Assembly: GCF_018977255.1 (NCBI RefSeq)
Contig: NW_024704742.1
Coordinates: 113,710,001 to 113,774,000 of the forward strand
From: Callorhinchus milii
Taxonomy: Eukaryota
Direction of reading: 5' to 3'
Length of the DNA stretch: 64,000 bases
Under the pieces are notes generated by a model. The model worked only from the letters and a program-made list of their open reading frames with translations, was not told the origin of the DNA and did no database searches. Position 1 is the first letter of the stretch. Every line of letters begins with the position of its first letter. Positions 1-11,886 of the stretch are shown one piece after another. Both the position numbers and the translations under genes were made by a program.

Positions 1-778
1 CTATTGACCTCTCTTGGACTGATGCACTAATGGTAGCAATTTACCAACCATTCCCACCACATATCAGCCAACAGAAAAATCTTGTAACAATTACAGTATT
101 CATACAGTAGTTTGAACACAAAGGCACGAGCATCTGTGGTATAACCCAACATACATTTGGGTAAATTAAACCACACGCAACACACACAAGTTATTTAACT
201 TTGATAGACTTCGGCCACTTAATGTTTTCTTTGACAATCCATCAATTCCCAACATACATCCTCAATTTATATTTTATACCAGAGATTTTACTTGGAGATT
301 TAAAGAAATCGAGAGATTTAAAGTAAAATCAAACAATAATTGCAAACCTGAGCAATCATATGAACTCTGAAGAATAGATTCCAATCCTAAACGTATTTCC
401 AAGCTTGTGTGCATATATATATGGTGGGATTTCTGTCATTTTAATTACCTTGAGTGCCAATTAATTCTGCTCTGAATTTTTGACATGTGATAATATTCAG
501 ACAATATTATTTATCTCACATAGTATAGGCTGACACCCCATTGAGGGTGTGCTGCATTGTTGGCAATAATAGTGCTTTGGTTGTTGACTGGGATTGAGTG
601 AACTCAGTATTCCATTTATTATCTCATGTTTGTATCCAGGTAAATGCAAATGCTTCACAGAGATTTAAAACATACCAACATCTCCAACTCTGTACAAAAC
701 TTTCTTAAAACGTTCAATATGTAGCTGAAACATCACATCAATGCAAATTGTTTTAGTATTATCTGCAACATTTGTTAT

Positions 779-2324
779 CATTATAATAATCCTTGCATTT
801 TATATAGCACCTTATCACATTGCAGAAATGTCAGCAACCACAAAATTACATTTATAGAACACCTTTCACGTCGGGAGGACATCCCAAGGCACTGGACAGT
901 CAGGGGCCAGGACCCAAGCATGGTGGGTGGGGTAGGGAGGGGTGGGGTAGGGGTGAGGGAAGGCAGAGAGGTGGGAGGGAGACTGAAAGCACAATTGAAG
1001 AGGAGAAACTTGAAGGAGGCAAGGGAGGAAGCGAGGTGAAGGGATTGTGAGATGGAGGTCCAGAGTGTGGGGGCAGAGAGGCTGAAAGCCTGGCCACCAA
1101 TGGTAGGCTAGGTCGGGCGGGAAACTCGGAGCAGGCTGGAGCTCGCTGAAAGGAGGGAGCAGGCAGGTTGGTAGGGAGTCAGCAGATCAGAGAGGTAGGA
1201 GGGGCAAGGCCCTTGGATGGCCTTGAAAGTGAGGACGATGATCTTGAAATTGATCCTCTGAGGAATGGGGAGCCAGTGGAGTCAGGCGAGGGTGGGAGTG
1301 ATGGGGTCACGGAGCCTGGTGAGTGAGAGTACACGAGCTGCAGAGTTTTGGATGATCTGCAGCTTGTGAAGGGAAGAGTTGGGAAGGCCGATGAGGAGAG
1401 AGTTTCCATAATCAAACCTTGATGTGACAAATGCGTGGGTGAGGGTTTCAGCAGCCTGAGGGGTGAGGCTGTGGCGGAGTCTGGCAATGTTGCGGAGGTG
1501 GTGGTAGGCAGTGCCGGTCATGTCATGGATGTGGGGGAGAAAGGACAGTTCAGGGTCAAACAAGATACCCAGGTTCCTGACTGGCTGAGTGAGGTTGAGT
1601 GTGCAGCCGTGGAGGCTGATGCTGCCAGCGCCCGAGGTGCGGAGGCGCTGGCACGAGCCAATCAGGAAGGCCTCAGTCTTGCTGACGTTCAGTTGGAGAA
1701 AGTTGTCCCTCGTCCATGACTTGATGTTTGATGTTGGACAGGCAGTTGGTCAGGACGCCAGTCGTCCTGGAGTTGAGGGTGGAGGCAGAGAGATAGAGTT
1801 GGGTGTCATCCGCATAAATGTGGAAATTTACCCCATGTCTGTGGATGATGTCACCAAGGGGGAGCATGTAGAGGGTGAAGAGGAGGGGACCGAGGAGAGA
1901 GCCCTGAGGAATACTGCACAAGACGGTGTGGGGGCTGGAGAGAAGCCGTTTGCAGAGGTGGTGTGAAAGGTAGGACCTGAACCAGTCAAAGCACTTCACA
2001 GGATTTTACTGTAAAATGTAGTGACTGCATATTTGTTGGTGAGTGTGGTAGCCAATTGCGCACAGCAATGTCTCACAAACAGCCATGCAGTGAATGACCA
2101 TGTCTATCTGGGGGATTGTTGGACCAGGCCACCAGGAGAAATTCCCTTCTGTTTTCGAGAAGTGCCAAGGGATCTTTAACAGCCACCAGAACAGTCAGAC
2201 TGTTTAATATCCAACAATGCAACACTACCGGTTCAGCCTAGTATTGAGTTCACAGTCCTGATACAGACTTGGAACCACAACTGCCTGTCTCATCGATGAG
2301 AATGCTATCCACTGAGCCAGGCTA
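779..2324 (-). mobile_element. DeuSINE (SacSINE1-like) split by an L2 insertion: tail 779-832, body and head 1989-2324
   Basis: (TAA)n tail plus ccttgcatt..atatagc; Deu-like gccaattgcgcacagcaatgtctcacaaacag and ggatctttaac; tRNA-like head ending actgagccaggc. Confidence 0.75.
833..1988 (-). mobile_element. L2 LINE, 5'-truncated (RT C-terminus plus 3'UTR)
   Basis: Frameshifted RT motifs IPQGSLLGP, YADDTQLY, SRFDYGNSLL and [10 protein letters not shown]2 3' stem-loop and TTG-type tail. Confidence 0.93.
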
Positions 2325-2460
2325 TTACACATATAGATCCTGGGTTTGCAAAAACAAGGGCAATATTTAAAATATATATTGTACATTGCAAAAGCCTAAT
2401 TCAATTAGCAAAAAATTTAGGCGATGTAATCCTTTCCTCCGACAATGTATCCTTCCCTTT

Positions 2461-3853
2461 CAACAAAAACAACAAAATTAGATTTGTATAGCGCCCTTCA
2501 CTTCGGGAGGACTTCCCAAGGCGCTGAACAGAGAGAGTTACAGACCCAAGCTGAGGGTCGGGTGGAGGGAGGGTGGAGGGCAGGGGGGTTAAGCAGGGAG
2601 ATCGAAAGCACGGTCGAAGAGGAGGGTTTTGAGGTGGGTCTTGAAGTTGGTGAGGGAAGGGGTGAGATTGAGGGACTGCGGGATGGAGTTCCAGAGGGTG
2701 GCTGCAGAGTGGCGGAAAGCCCGCCCACTGATAGTGGGGCAAACAAGGCGGGGAACGTGAAGCAGGTCTGCTGAGCGGAGGGAGCAAACATGATGGTAAG
2801 GGGTTAGGAGGTCGGAGAGGTAGGGGGGAGCAAGACCGTGGAGAGCTTTGAAAGTGAGGACCAGGATCTTGAACTGTATCCTCTGTGTGATGGGAAGCCA
2901 GTGGAGTTGGGCGAGGATGGGGGTGATACGGTCGTGGAGCCTAGTGCGGGAGAGGACATGGGCTGCAGAGTTCTGGATGATCTGCATGGAGGAGGATGGA
3001 GGAGTTGGATCGAGGAGTTGGAGAGCACGACAAGCAGTGAGTTTGTTTAGGTGAGCCTCAAAGTAATGAAGGCGTGTGTGAGGGTTTCGGTGGTCTACAG
3101 TGTGAGACAGTGGCGGAGCCGGGTGATGTTGTGGAGGTGTGGAAGGCAGAGCGTGTCATGGCACAGATGTGGGGTAGAAAAGATAGTTGAGGGTCAAACA
3201 AGACCCCAAGGTTCCGGACTGGCTTAGTAAGGTGGAGTGTGCAACCATGGATGGTGATGCTGTCAGCGTCTGAGGTGTGGAGGCGCTGACGGGAGCCAAT
3301 CAGGAGGGCCTCCGTCTTGTTGACGTTCAACTGAAGGAAATTAGCTCTCATCCAGGACTTGATGTCTGACAGACATTCTGTCAGCACAGCAGTGAGTCTG
3401 GAGTCAAGGGTGGAGGCAGAGAGGTAGAGTTGGGTGTCATCCACATACATGTGGAAGTTGACCCCATGTCTTTGGATGATGTCACCAAGAGGGAGCATAT
3501 AGATGTTGAAGAGAAGGGGACCAAGGACAGAGCCCTGAGGAATGGCGCACGAGATGGTCTGGAGGCTGGAGGAGAAGCCGTTTGAGGAGATGGGGTGTAG
3601 GTGGTGTGAGAAGTACGATCTGAACCAATCAAAGACAGCACTGTGGAGGTTGAGGTGAGAGGAGAGGCGGTGGATGAGGATAGAGTGGTTGATGGTGTCA
3701 AAAGCAGCAGAGAGGTCAAGGAGGACGAGGAAGCAGAGGGAGCCCTGGTCACAGATGGACAGAATGTCATTTGTCACTTTGACCAGGGCAGTTTTGTGTT
3801 GTGGCCCGCACGGAAGCCCAATTGGAGGGGTTCAAGGAGGGAGTGGCTGGAGA
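2461..3853 (-). mobile_element. L2 LINE, 5'-truncated
   Basis: ORF 3058-3777 contains LLDLSAAFDT, PQGSVLGP and YVDDTQLY; a downstream frame has LHWLPITQRIQFKIL; (TTG)n-like tail. Confidence 0.95.
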
Positions 3854-3855
3854 GA

Positions 3856-4525
3856 AAAACCATCGTCTCACTCACCTTTCACTCTCCAGCTATCATCCTG
3901 ACTCCACCCTTCCCTTCATCCTCCAAGGTGCTAGAATGCTTGCTCCGTTCTCCCCCACCACTATAAATCCCTCCAATCTGGATATTGCCTCATCCAAAGT
4001 ACCTCGACAGCACTGGTCAAAGTCACAAATGACCTCTTCTCTATCTGCGACCAGGGATTCCCTGTACTCCTGGATCTCTGGACTGCCTTCGATACTGTCA
4101 ACCATGCCATCCTTCTCCACCATTGTATTTACCTCCCTCCGTAGCTCTACAGTTTCCTGGTTTCACTCCTACTTATTCCAGCATCTTCACTATGTTTCCT
4201 ACAACAACCTTCTTCTCCTGCCCCTGTACAGTCACATGTGGTGCTCCTCAGGGCTCTATCCTTGGTCCTCTCTGGATGCTCTGCCTTGGTGAAGTCATCC
4301 ATAGGGGCGGGTCCACTTGCACGTGTACGAAAATGACACATAAATCTACCTTTCTGTTTCCATCTTCGACTATAAACGCATACCAGCGCCTGCTCACCTC
4401 ATGCACTCCACAATTCCTCATTCCAACTCACGGAGCCTATTTGGAAACTGAAGTATTTTGTTCAACCTTCAAATTTCCTGTTTTACCATTAAGGCTCTGA
4501 CCAAATCTGCTTTCTTCCATCTTGC
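3856..4525 (+). mobile_element. Older, degraded L2 RT fragment
   Basis: Remnant motifs SKVLE, ALVKVTND and CGAPQGSILGP with many indels. Confidence 0.8.
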
Positions 4526-5409
4526 TACTTAAAAATATAAGCTTAATTGGGCATTGTTTTGATATTTAATTTCCATTTGAACATATATTCTAAAACATAA
4601 TATTTGGAACTTGCATAGGGTGCACTCAATTATTATTATAGTGTTTGGCTCACAACCAGATGGTTTTGGGTTTATGTCCCAAAGCTGTCTGTTACTTTAT
4701 TCTGCAGGGAAGTGTTCCTTCAGTCTACAGAAGGCTACAGTCAGAAGTAGTTGACCCTTCATCCTGTTACATTACAAGCACAATTTATGCTAAGAAAAAA
4801 AATCCCTTTTGTTATTAACTTCCTTCATCTGTTATATTTCCTTTTTATGCACCATTTACCATAAATGATATGCGGACAACACTCTTGAGGAGATACAACA
4901 ATCCATCAAAATTAAATTTCTTATTATTCAGTAAGCCTTCATTCGTGTGTTTGAATGTTTGAGCTTTGGAAACAAAAAAGTCAGGGAATGAGGTTGTTTT
5001 TTGGCTAAAAATATTGTGAGAGAACGAAACAGAAGTAAAAACAAGTGTGTTATTTGACGAACATTTATTTTTAAAAAGTGTTCAGTTACATATTCCTAAT
5101 AATCTCATTCTTAATTTCTTAAATCTATTGCCAATGAAAAGATGTGAATTATTCATTTTTTATTATAACTAGGTAAAGTATAATGTAGAGAAAGTATAAC
5201 TGGACTGTTAGCATCTCCTGCAGATCTGCTGCTGATACTAATTACTAGGAATAGCATTATAAAATTCTAATGAGGAAAACTAGAACATTCTGGACACGGT
5301 GAAAAAAATTCAGAGCACCTATTACCTTTTTTGAAAGTAGTTAAATATTCTTGAACTGGTTATATTTTCGAGGCAGTGAGAAAAGCTTCAAAGAATAACT
5401 CATTCTATT

Positions 5410-5620
5410 TCCACCATCTGCTATCAGGTTCTTCACTCTCTGGAACTCCATCCCAGAGTCCCACTGATTCATTCCCTCCCTCGCCTCTTTCAAATTCCGG
5501 CTAAAGACCTTCCACATTGACCCTGCCTTCGATCATTGTTCCCCTTGTCTCCGACCCTCAGCTCGGGAGCTAAGCACTTGGGATGTCCCCCTGTCGTTAT
5601 ATAACGGTAAATTTATGTTT
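5410..5620 (+). mobile_element. L2 3' fragment
   Basis: ctctggaactccatccc...ttcaaattccggctaaagacc, as in other L2 3' ends. Confidence 0.75.
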
Positions 5621-5640
5621 TATTTTTTTTTTTTAGGGTG

Positions 5641-5800
5641 GATCATTTGGTAGCACTCTCGCCTTCTGCATTCAAGGTTCAAGTCCCAAATCAGGGCTTT
5701 GAACTCGCAGTCCAGGCTCACACTCCAATTCAATGAAGTACCTGTGAAGTACATTGAGACGTCCTCCTGACATGAAAAGTGCTGTGTCAAATGCAAAGAA
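5641..5800 (+). mobile_element. Internally deleted DeuSINE (head joined to L2-type tail)
   Basis: tggtagcactctcgcc..ggttcaagtccc head followed by a gagacgtcctcctgacatgaaaagtgct tail. Confidence 0.65.
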
Positions 5801-5814
5801 ATGGATATTGTGGG

Positions 5815-5970
5815 CTCATTTTGCTGCTTCCCTCATCCTGGGTCACTAAACTATTTTTTGAACCATTAAAATAGAGTTTTCACTCCCTTCAAAGCCTATA
5901 GTTTAGCACAAACCAGAGGTTAAACCTGAAATCCTCCTATTGTGCATGGTTCAGCATCATACTGGGAGAT
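5815..5970 (-). mobile_element. Ancient tRNA-SINE relic (AmnSINE2-like head)
   Basis: Minus strand cccagtatgatgctgaaccatgcacaataggaggatttcaggtttaacctctggtttgtgct resembles my recollection of the AmnSINE2 5' region. Confidence 0.45.
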
Positions 5971-6940
5971 GAACCGTCAGTTTTTGGGGGAACTTCATTA
6001 TTCAGTAATTTTGCATGTAACTGCCACTAATTCATGGGCTTTCAGAGCACTACTTACCCAGCACTTGCACAAAGGATTCTGTAAATGGGTTTTCTCAACC
6101 CACAGGTCCATCTTAACCACCAAAATAGGCAGGTGTTATCCTTTGGATGAGACATTAACCTAAGGTTACTTATGTTACCTGTGACAATTCAGTGCTCCAC
6201 ATTAGAGTGTTAACCCATAACATGAGCTTAAATTTTGGTATAACTTCTGATACAGAAAATGGGTTACTAAAAAAAGACTATCAACAGGGTACGAAATATT
6301 GTAGAGATGCCAGCAGTCAAAGAGTGAAGTGCCCTAATATTTCATACTTTGGTTTGATATTACGTGTGCTGGGAGGTACAGAAACAATCGGATGTGTGTG
6401 AATTGAAAACAGACGACAATTAAATTAGCGTTTGAGGATGATCTTTAAGGAAATAATGCACTGCAATCCTGGGGGAGGGATGGGCATCACTGTATGTCTA
6501 CAATCAAAATATGCCTTGTGGTTCTGAGTAAACGTAACTAAAATTATACCATGAAAAATAATTTACAATACACTGAAGTTCGCCACTAGAAATTATGTTG
6601 CATTAACGTTCAAACAAAGCACTTTCACAAACAAAATAAACCATTGTAATTTTTTCTTATTATTGTGAACTAACAACAGTACTGTGTACTTTCCAATTGT
6701 AAGTTAGTCCAACACAGTTAGAACTGTAAACCGAAGTGACACACAGCGAATCCACTGGAATTCTTTATCCTTGACTGACCTGCAAAGTTTTGATACGTTT
6801 GATCAATGCTTTCTTAATTGTCAATGCGTTTCCCTGTCAGAGCAGCACTCCAGAAGCAGACCACACCAACACAAAACATTAGGGCAATTGTAGAGAAAAA
6901 AAATTCAACTGTAAAGAAAGGAATAATTCCAGTCTAAAAC

Positions 6941-7178
6941 TAATAATAATCCTTGCATTTGATGTAACGCCTTATCTCGTCAATGAGACATCTCAAAGCA
7001 CTTCACAGAATATACTCTAAAGTGAATTGACTGTGTATTTTGTGGGTGAAACGCGGCAGCCAATTGCACACAGCAGTGTCCCACAAACAGTCGTGGATTG
7101 AGTGACCAAATTATTTATTTACTTTGAAGGGACTATTAACCCGGAAAGCGATCCGCCAATCGACTAACAACTGGATTC
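6941..7178 (-). mobile_element. CORE/Deu chimeric SINE, long subfamily, 5'-truncated
   Basis: (TAA)n tail, Deu-like segment and ccaatcgactaacaactgg shared with the copy at 13503-13872. Confidence 0.85.
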
Positions 7179-7254
7179 ATGATTTTAGTACTGCAATAAT
7201 GGTTCCACAATTAACCCATAACATGAGCTTAAATTTTGGTAAAAAATTTGGTAA

Positions 7255-7932
7255 AACAACAACAACAACAACAAGATTCGATTTATAAAGCGCCTTTCAC
7301 GTCAGGAGGACGTCCCAAGGTGCTGCACAGTTGGGTCATGACCCGAGCAGGGGGGAAATGGTCAGGGTGAGGGGAGGGAAGGGAGGGAGCGAGGAGGGGG
7401 GAAATGGTCAGGGTGAGGGGAGGGAAGGGAGGGAGCGAGGAGGGGGGAAATGGTCAGGGTGAGGGGAGGGAGCGAGGAGGGGGGAAATGGTCAGGGTGAG
7501 GGGAGGGAAGGGAGGGAGCGAGGAGGGGAAGAGAGTCGAGAGGGGAGCTGAAGGCACGGTCAAAGAGAAAGGTTTTGAGACCGGCCTTGAAGGAGGAAAG
7601 GGAGGAGGCGGCGAAGGCACTGGGGGATAGAGTTCCAGAGCCTGGGGGCTGAGAGGCTGAAGGCCCGACCACCGATGGTAGGGCGATTGGGGCGGGGGAC
7701 GTGGAGCAGACCGGAGCCAGAGGAACGGAGGGTACGGGCAGATAGGTAGGGGGATAGTAGGTTGGAGAGGTAGGAGGGAGCAAGGCCGTGAATGGCCTTG
7801 TAGGTGAGGATGAGGATCTTGAATTCGATCCTCTGGGGGATGGGGAGCCAGTGGAGGCGAGCGAGGGTGGGAGTGATGTGGTCCCGAAGCCTGGTGCGGG
7901 ACAGTACACGAGCTGCAGAGTTCTGAATGACT
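7255..7932 (-). mobile_element. L2 3' fragment with a four-copy expanded 3'UTR unit
   Basis: (AAC)n tail on plus; sequence encoding LHWLPIPQRIEFKIL; repeated ggggaaatggtcagggtgaggggaggg units. Confidence 0.93.
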
Positions 7933-8459
7933 GAATAAAAAAAGCAGTAAGGTTAATTCACACCACATGTTTTGGATTTACTGCTCTGCTGCATGCTCTG
8001 GGGTGTGCAACAGTATTGCACACTTTATAGTGTAAATTCTGTGTTGTACAGCAGTGGTGTTTACATGCTACAATTTACAGCATTGATATACTCTCAGTAG
8101 TTGACACCAGTCATTTACACTTCCTAATGTGAATAATCATGTGGTCATTCCCTGATCTGAAAACTATGCGAGATGAAATCTAATTTGTTTCTCCCCACAC
8201 TGCAAAATGTAAAGAACTCGCTTTTCAATTTAGGATTCTTTATGTTGTAGTGTTCTTTATCATATAGCATCGTCACCCTTTAACCAGTAAAACAATTAAA
8301 GAGATTAAGCAATAAAAGACCAAACTACCCTTATTGCCTTTTGAATGCTCCTATTTGTTTTCTTTATTTCCTCTCTTAATCTGCACTTGCGGGAGAGCCA
8401 AATATCCGCCCTAAATGGGACCGACCCCATTAGGGATCTGAAAACAGTATGGTGAGCAC

Positions 8460-9000
8460 TCTGTGTGTGTCTCCCTTTCTCTCTCTCCCCCTCTCTAACT
8501 ATTTCTGTGTGTGGTATGTTTGTGCCTTTCTCTCTCTCCCCCTCTCTAACTTTCTGTTTCTGTGTCTTTCTCTCCGCCTTTCTAACTGTTTCTGTGTGGG
8601 TATGTGTGCGTATTTCTCTCTCTCTATAACAACAACAACTTGGATTTATATAGACCCTCCACACCAGACGGCGTCTCAGAGGCTTCACAGTAACGGATCC
8701 TGGGGCCGAGCCAGGGGGAGGGGGAGGAAGGTGACCAAAGGCGCGGTCGAAAAGAAAGGTCTTCAGAAGGGACCTGAAAATAGGAAGAGAGGGGGCAAGG
8801 CGAAGGGAGTGAGGAAGGGAATTCCAGAGCCTCGGGGCATAGTGGCTGAAGGCACGGCCGCCGAGGGTGGAACGGAGGACTCAGGGGACGAGGAGAAGGC
8901 CAGACCCGGAGGAGCGAAGGCAACGGGTACTGTTTTGAGGAAAGAGGAGATTCCCCTCTCTAACTGTTTCTGTGTATGCATGTGTGTGTCTCTCTCTAAC
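8460..9000. repeat. CT/GT-rich minisatellite (core ctctctaactgtttctgtgt) interrupted by an L2
   Basis: Core motif recurs near 8491, 8543, 8580, 8956 and 8992. Confidence 0.7.
8626..8935 (-). mobile_element. L2 3' fragment of a distinct family (same as 25392-25685)
   Basis: aacaacaacttggatttatatag..ccctccacacc..gtctcagag..cttcacagtaacggatcc, shared with the 25392 copy. Confidence 0.85.
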
Positions 9001-9011
9001 ACTGCACTGCA

Positions 9012-9610
9012 CTCACATCTCGTTTACGGGAACTCCCTCCTCATCGGCCTTCCCAACTCTTCCCTTCACAAGCTGCAGATCATCCAAAACTCTGCAGCTC
9101 ATGTATTCTCACACATCAGGCTCCGTGACCCCATCACTCCCACCCTCGCCCGACTCACTGGCTCCCCATCCCCCAGAGGATCGAGTTCAAGATCCTCGTC
9201 CTCACCTTTAAGGCCATCCATGGCCTTGCCCCCTTCTACCTCTCTGACCTGTTGACTCCCTACCAACCTGCCCGCTCCCTCCGCTCAGCGGGCTCCGGGC
9301 TGCTCCATGTCTCCCACCCGACCCGCCCTACCATCGGTGGCCGGGCTTTCAGCCTCTCTGCCCCCACACTCTGGAACTCCATCCCACGGTCCCTTCGCCT
9401 CGCTTCCTCCCTAGCCTCCTTCAAAGCCAATCTCAAGACCCTTCTCTTCAACCGTGCCTTTGGTCGCCCTCCCACCTCTCCACCTTCCCTCACCCCTACA
9501 CCATCCCTCCCCCATGCTCGGGCCCCGAACGCCTGACTGTTCAGCGCTTTGGAACTTCCTCCTGACATGAAAGGTGCTCTATAAATGTCATTTTGTTGTT
9601 ATTGTTGTTG
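9012..9610 (+). mobile_element. L2 3' fragment (same family as 833-1988, opposite strand)
   Basis: [25 protein letters not shown], stem-loop and ttgttgtt tail. Confidence 0.93.
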
Positions 9611-11019
9611 ATCTCACCAGCTTGTGCTGGTGGTTTCACAGTTCTGCTCCATTAAAATTATGTTACTGAATATCTCATGTGCACCTGCAAAACTTAAAAA
9701 AGAAAATTCCCAACATCAGACCCCAATGATCAGAGCCTGATACAGATAGTCGGACAAATATATACTCAGCAATGAATATGGGTTCTACACTTCTTTATAA
9801 ATTTCTCTTGACGAGCTGTTCAGGTCACCCATCCACTCTTCCCCATGACTCATTTAAGAAATATCCCCCACAGAAGATTGTTATATTGGAGTTCAGAAGT
9901 GCTCAAATATGAACTGTACCACGAAAAATAACTTATTTTTATAACGTCTTACTTATGAAATGTCTAAACGAGCTTTACTGTAATTACTGTTATATATCAA
10001 AGATTACTATTACTGCAGCAGTGTTTTATTAAAGCTTCTTTGGAAAAATAGACAAGGAAATGTATCTAATCCGTCTGCATTTGTCTCTTTTTCTACATCG
10101 AATTGTTGATGGCCCTTGGCATGCTCTGCCCACCATAGCACCTGGAGTTAGTTTGTGAAACTTGAAAGTCAAATCAGATTTGTTCAGTGCCAAAACAAAA
10201 CTGTAACCACAGTAACATGGGAACAGTTTCAGGCAAGAGCAGACCATTAGTCCCATCTGCTTACCCACCCAACATCCTACAAAAAAAAAGCTAGAGTAAG
10301 ATTTGTAAATACAGTAAATATGTGCTGTGATTTATGACAAACCGAGCCCTGAAAACTATAACCTTACAAGGAATCCCATGCAAACAATTGTTAACTCTAT
10401 ATTGGAACTGAAAGAAATCATGTTAATTTCAATGCTGCTTTATCAGCTAAGCCTTTTGTGTTCCAGCAAATTCGCACAATTGGAATGCTCAAATGCAATA
10501 TTCATGAACAACTTTTTTTTCGGTTCTGAAGGTACTTTCTCATTCTCTTTTAAAAACTGTTCGTCTTCCCCACTCACCCCACAAAATTATTCCCCAGCTT
10601 CCCAGGCTGACTCAGGCTCACTCTCACTGCTGAGGCAACGTGCTGCCCTTTCTCTGTGCCAAAATCTAACAAACTGGCTGAGATGATGAGATCATACTAT
10701 GGCCAGGGGTCATGCTTCATAACCTACCACAGAGAGCTGGAATGTATTAGGGCATTAATGCACTGTTTCACCTTGATGCTTGGTATTAATATTTTATCTA
10801 CAATTTTTTAAAGAGAATTGAATCTACCGTTTCTAAAATAGAATTTTGCAAATTTATCATATGGAACCATATGCGAAAGGATCAAACCTATTTTTAGTAC
10901 ACTGTAGCACAGACTGTGACATTGGTTTGATGAAGTGGACAGGATGTTTTACAACAGGAATAAGGCAATGGCTGTGCTATCTCTATTCACCTGGTATTTG
11001 CTCTGTGACATTGCCAACC

Positions 11020-11886
11020 AGACACAGAATGTCTGTCGGACATCAAGTCCTGGATGAGAGCTATCTTTCTTCAGTTGAACATCAACAAGATCGAGGCCCT
11101 CCTCACCTCAGGTGCTAACAGCATCACCATCCATGGTTCACACTCCATCCTTGCTAAGCCTTGGGGTCTTGTTTGACCCTCAACTATCCTTTCTACCCCA
11201 CATCTGCGCCATGATCAGCTCTGCCTTCCCCCACCTCCACAACATCGCCCGGCTCCACCACTGTCTCACACCACAGGCTGCTGAAACCCTCGTACATGTC
11301 CTCATTACATCGAGGCTCGACTATGCAAACTCACTGCTTGTCGGCCTCCCCAACTCCTCTCTCCATAGGCTGCAGATCATCCAGAACTCTGCAGCCCGTG
11401 TCCTCTCCCGTACTAGGCTCCATGACCCGATCACCCCCATCCTCGCCAAACTCCACTGGCTTCCCATCACACAGAGGATACAGTTCAAGATACTGGTCCT
11501 CACCTTCAAAGCCCTCTACGGTCTTGCTCCCCCCTACCTCTCCGACCTCCTAACCCCCTACCACCCTGTCCGCTCCCTCAGCTCAGCGGGCTCCGGCTTG
11601 CTTCACGTCTCCCGCCTTGCTCGCTCCACTATCAGCGGGCGGGCCTTCCGCCACTCTGCACCCATCCTCTGGAACTCCATCCCGCAGTCCCTCCGTCTCG
11701 CCCCCTCCCTCGCCACCTTCAAGACCAACCTCAAGACCCTCCTCTTCGACCATGGTTTCCCCGCTGCCCTCCACCCTCTCCCCCCCCCCCGAACCCCCAG
11801 CTCGGGTCCGTAACTCTGTCTGTCCAGGGAAGCCCTTCTAACATGAAAGGCGCTTTACAAATGTAATTTTGTTGTTTTTGTTGTTG
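11020..11886 (+). mobile_element. L2 3' fragment (same family as 2461-3853, opposite strand)
   Basis: ORF 11112-11813 is an L2 ORF2 C-terminus ([36 protein letters not shown]). Confidence 0.95.

Noticed and set aside
3780..3960. Divergent L2 fragments as a twin-priming inversion
   Set aside because: The two pieces cover overlapping RT regions and differ greatly in decay, so they are independent insertions.
7350..7527. CRISPR-like array
   Set aside because: Contiguous tandem units without unique spacers, inside a eukaryotic LINE 3'UTR.
8449..9255. 268-aa plus-strand ORF
   Set aside because: Chance read-through of a minisatellite, an antisense L2 and a sense L2.
10029..10268. Basic ORF (..RCRKRDKCRR..) as XRCC4 exon 7/NLS
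   Set aside because: No similarity to the expected DVTDIAPSRKRRQR context, a weak acceptor and no clear donor. Exon 7 probably lies beyond the window start.
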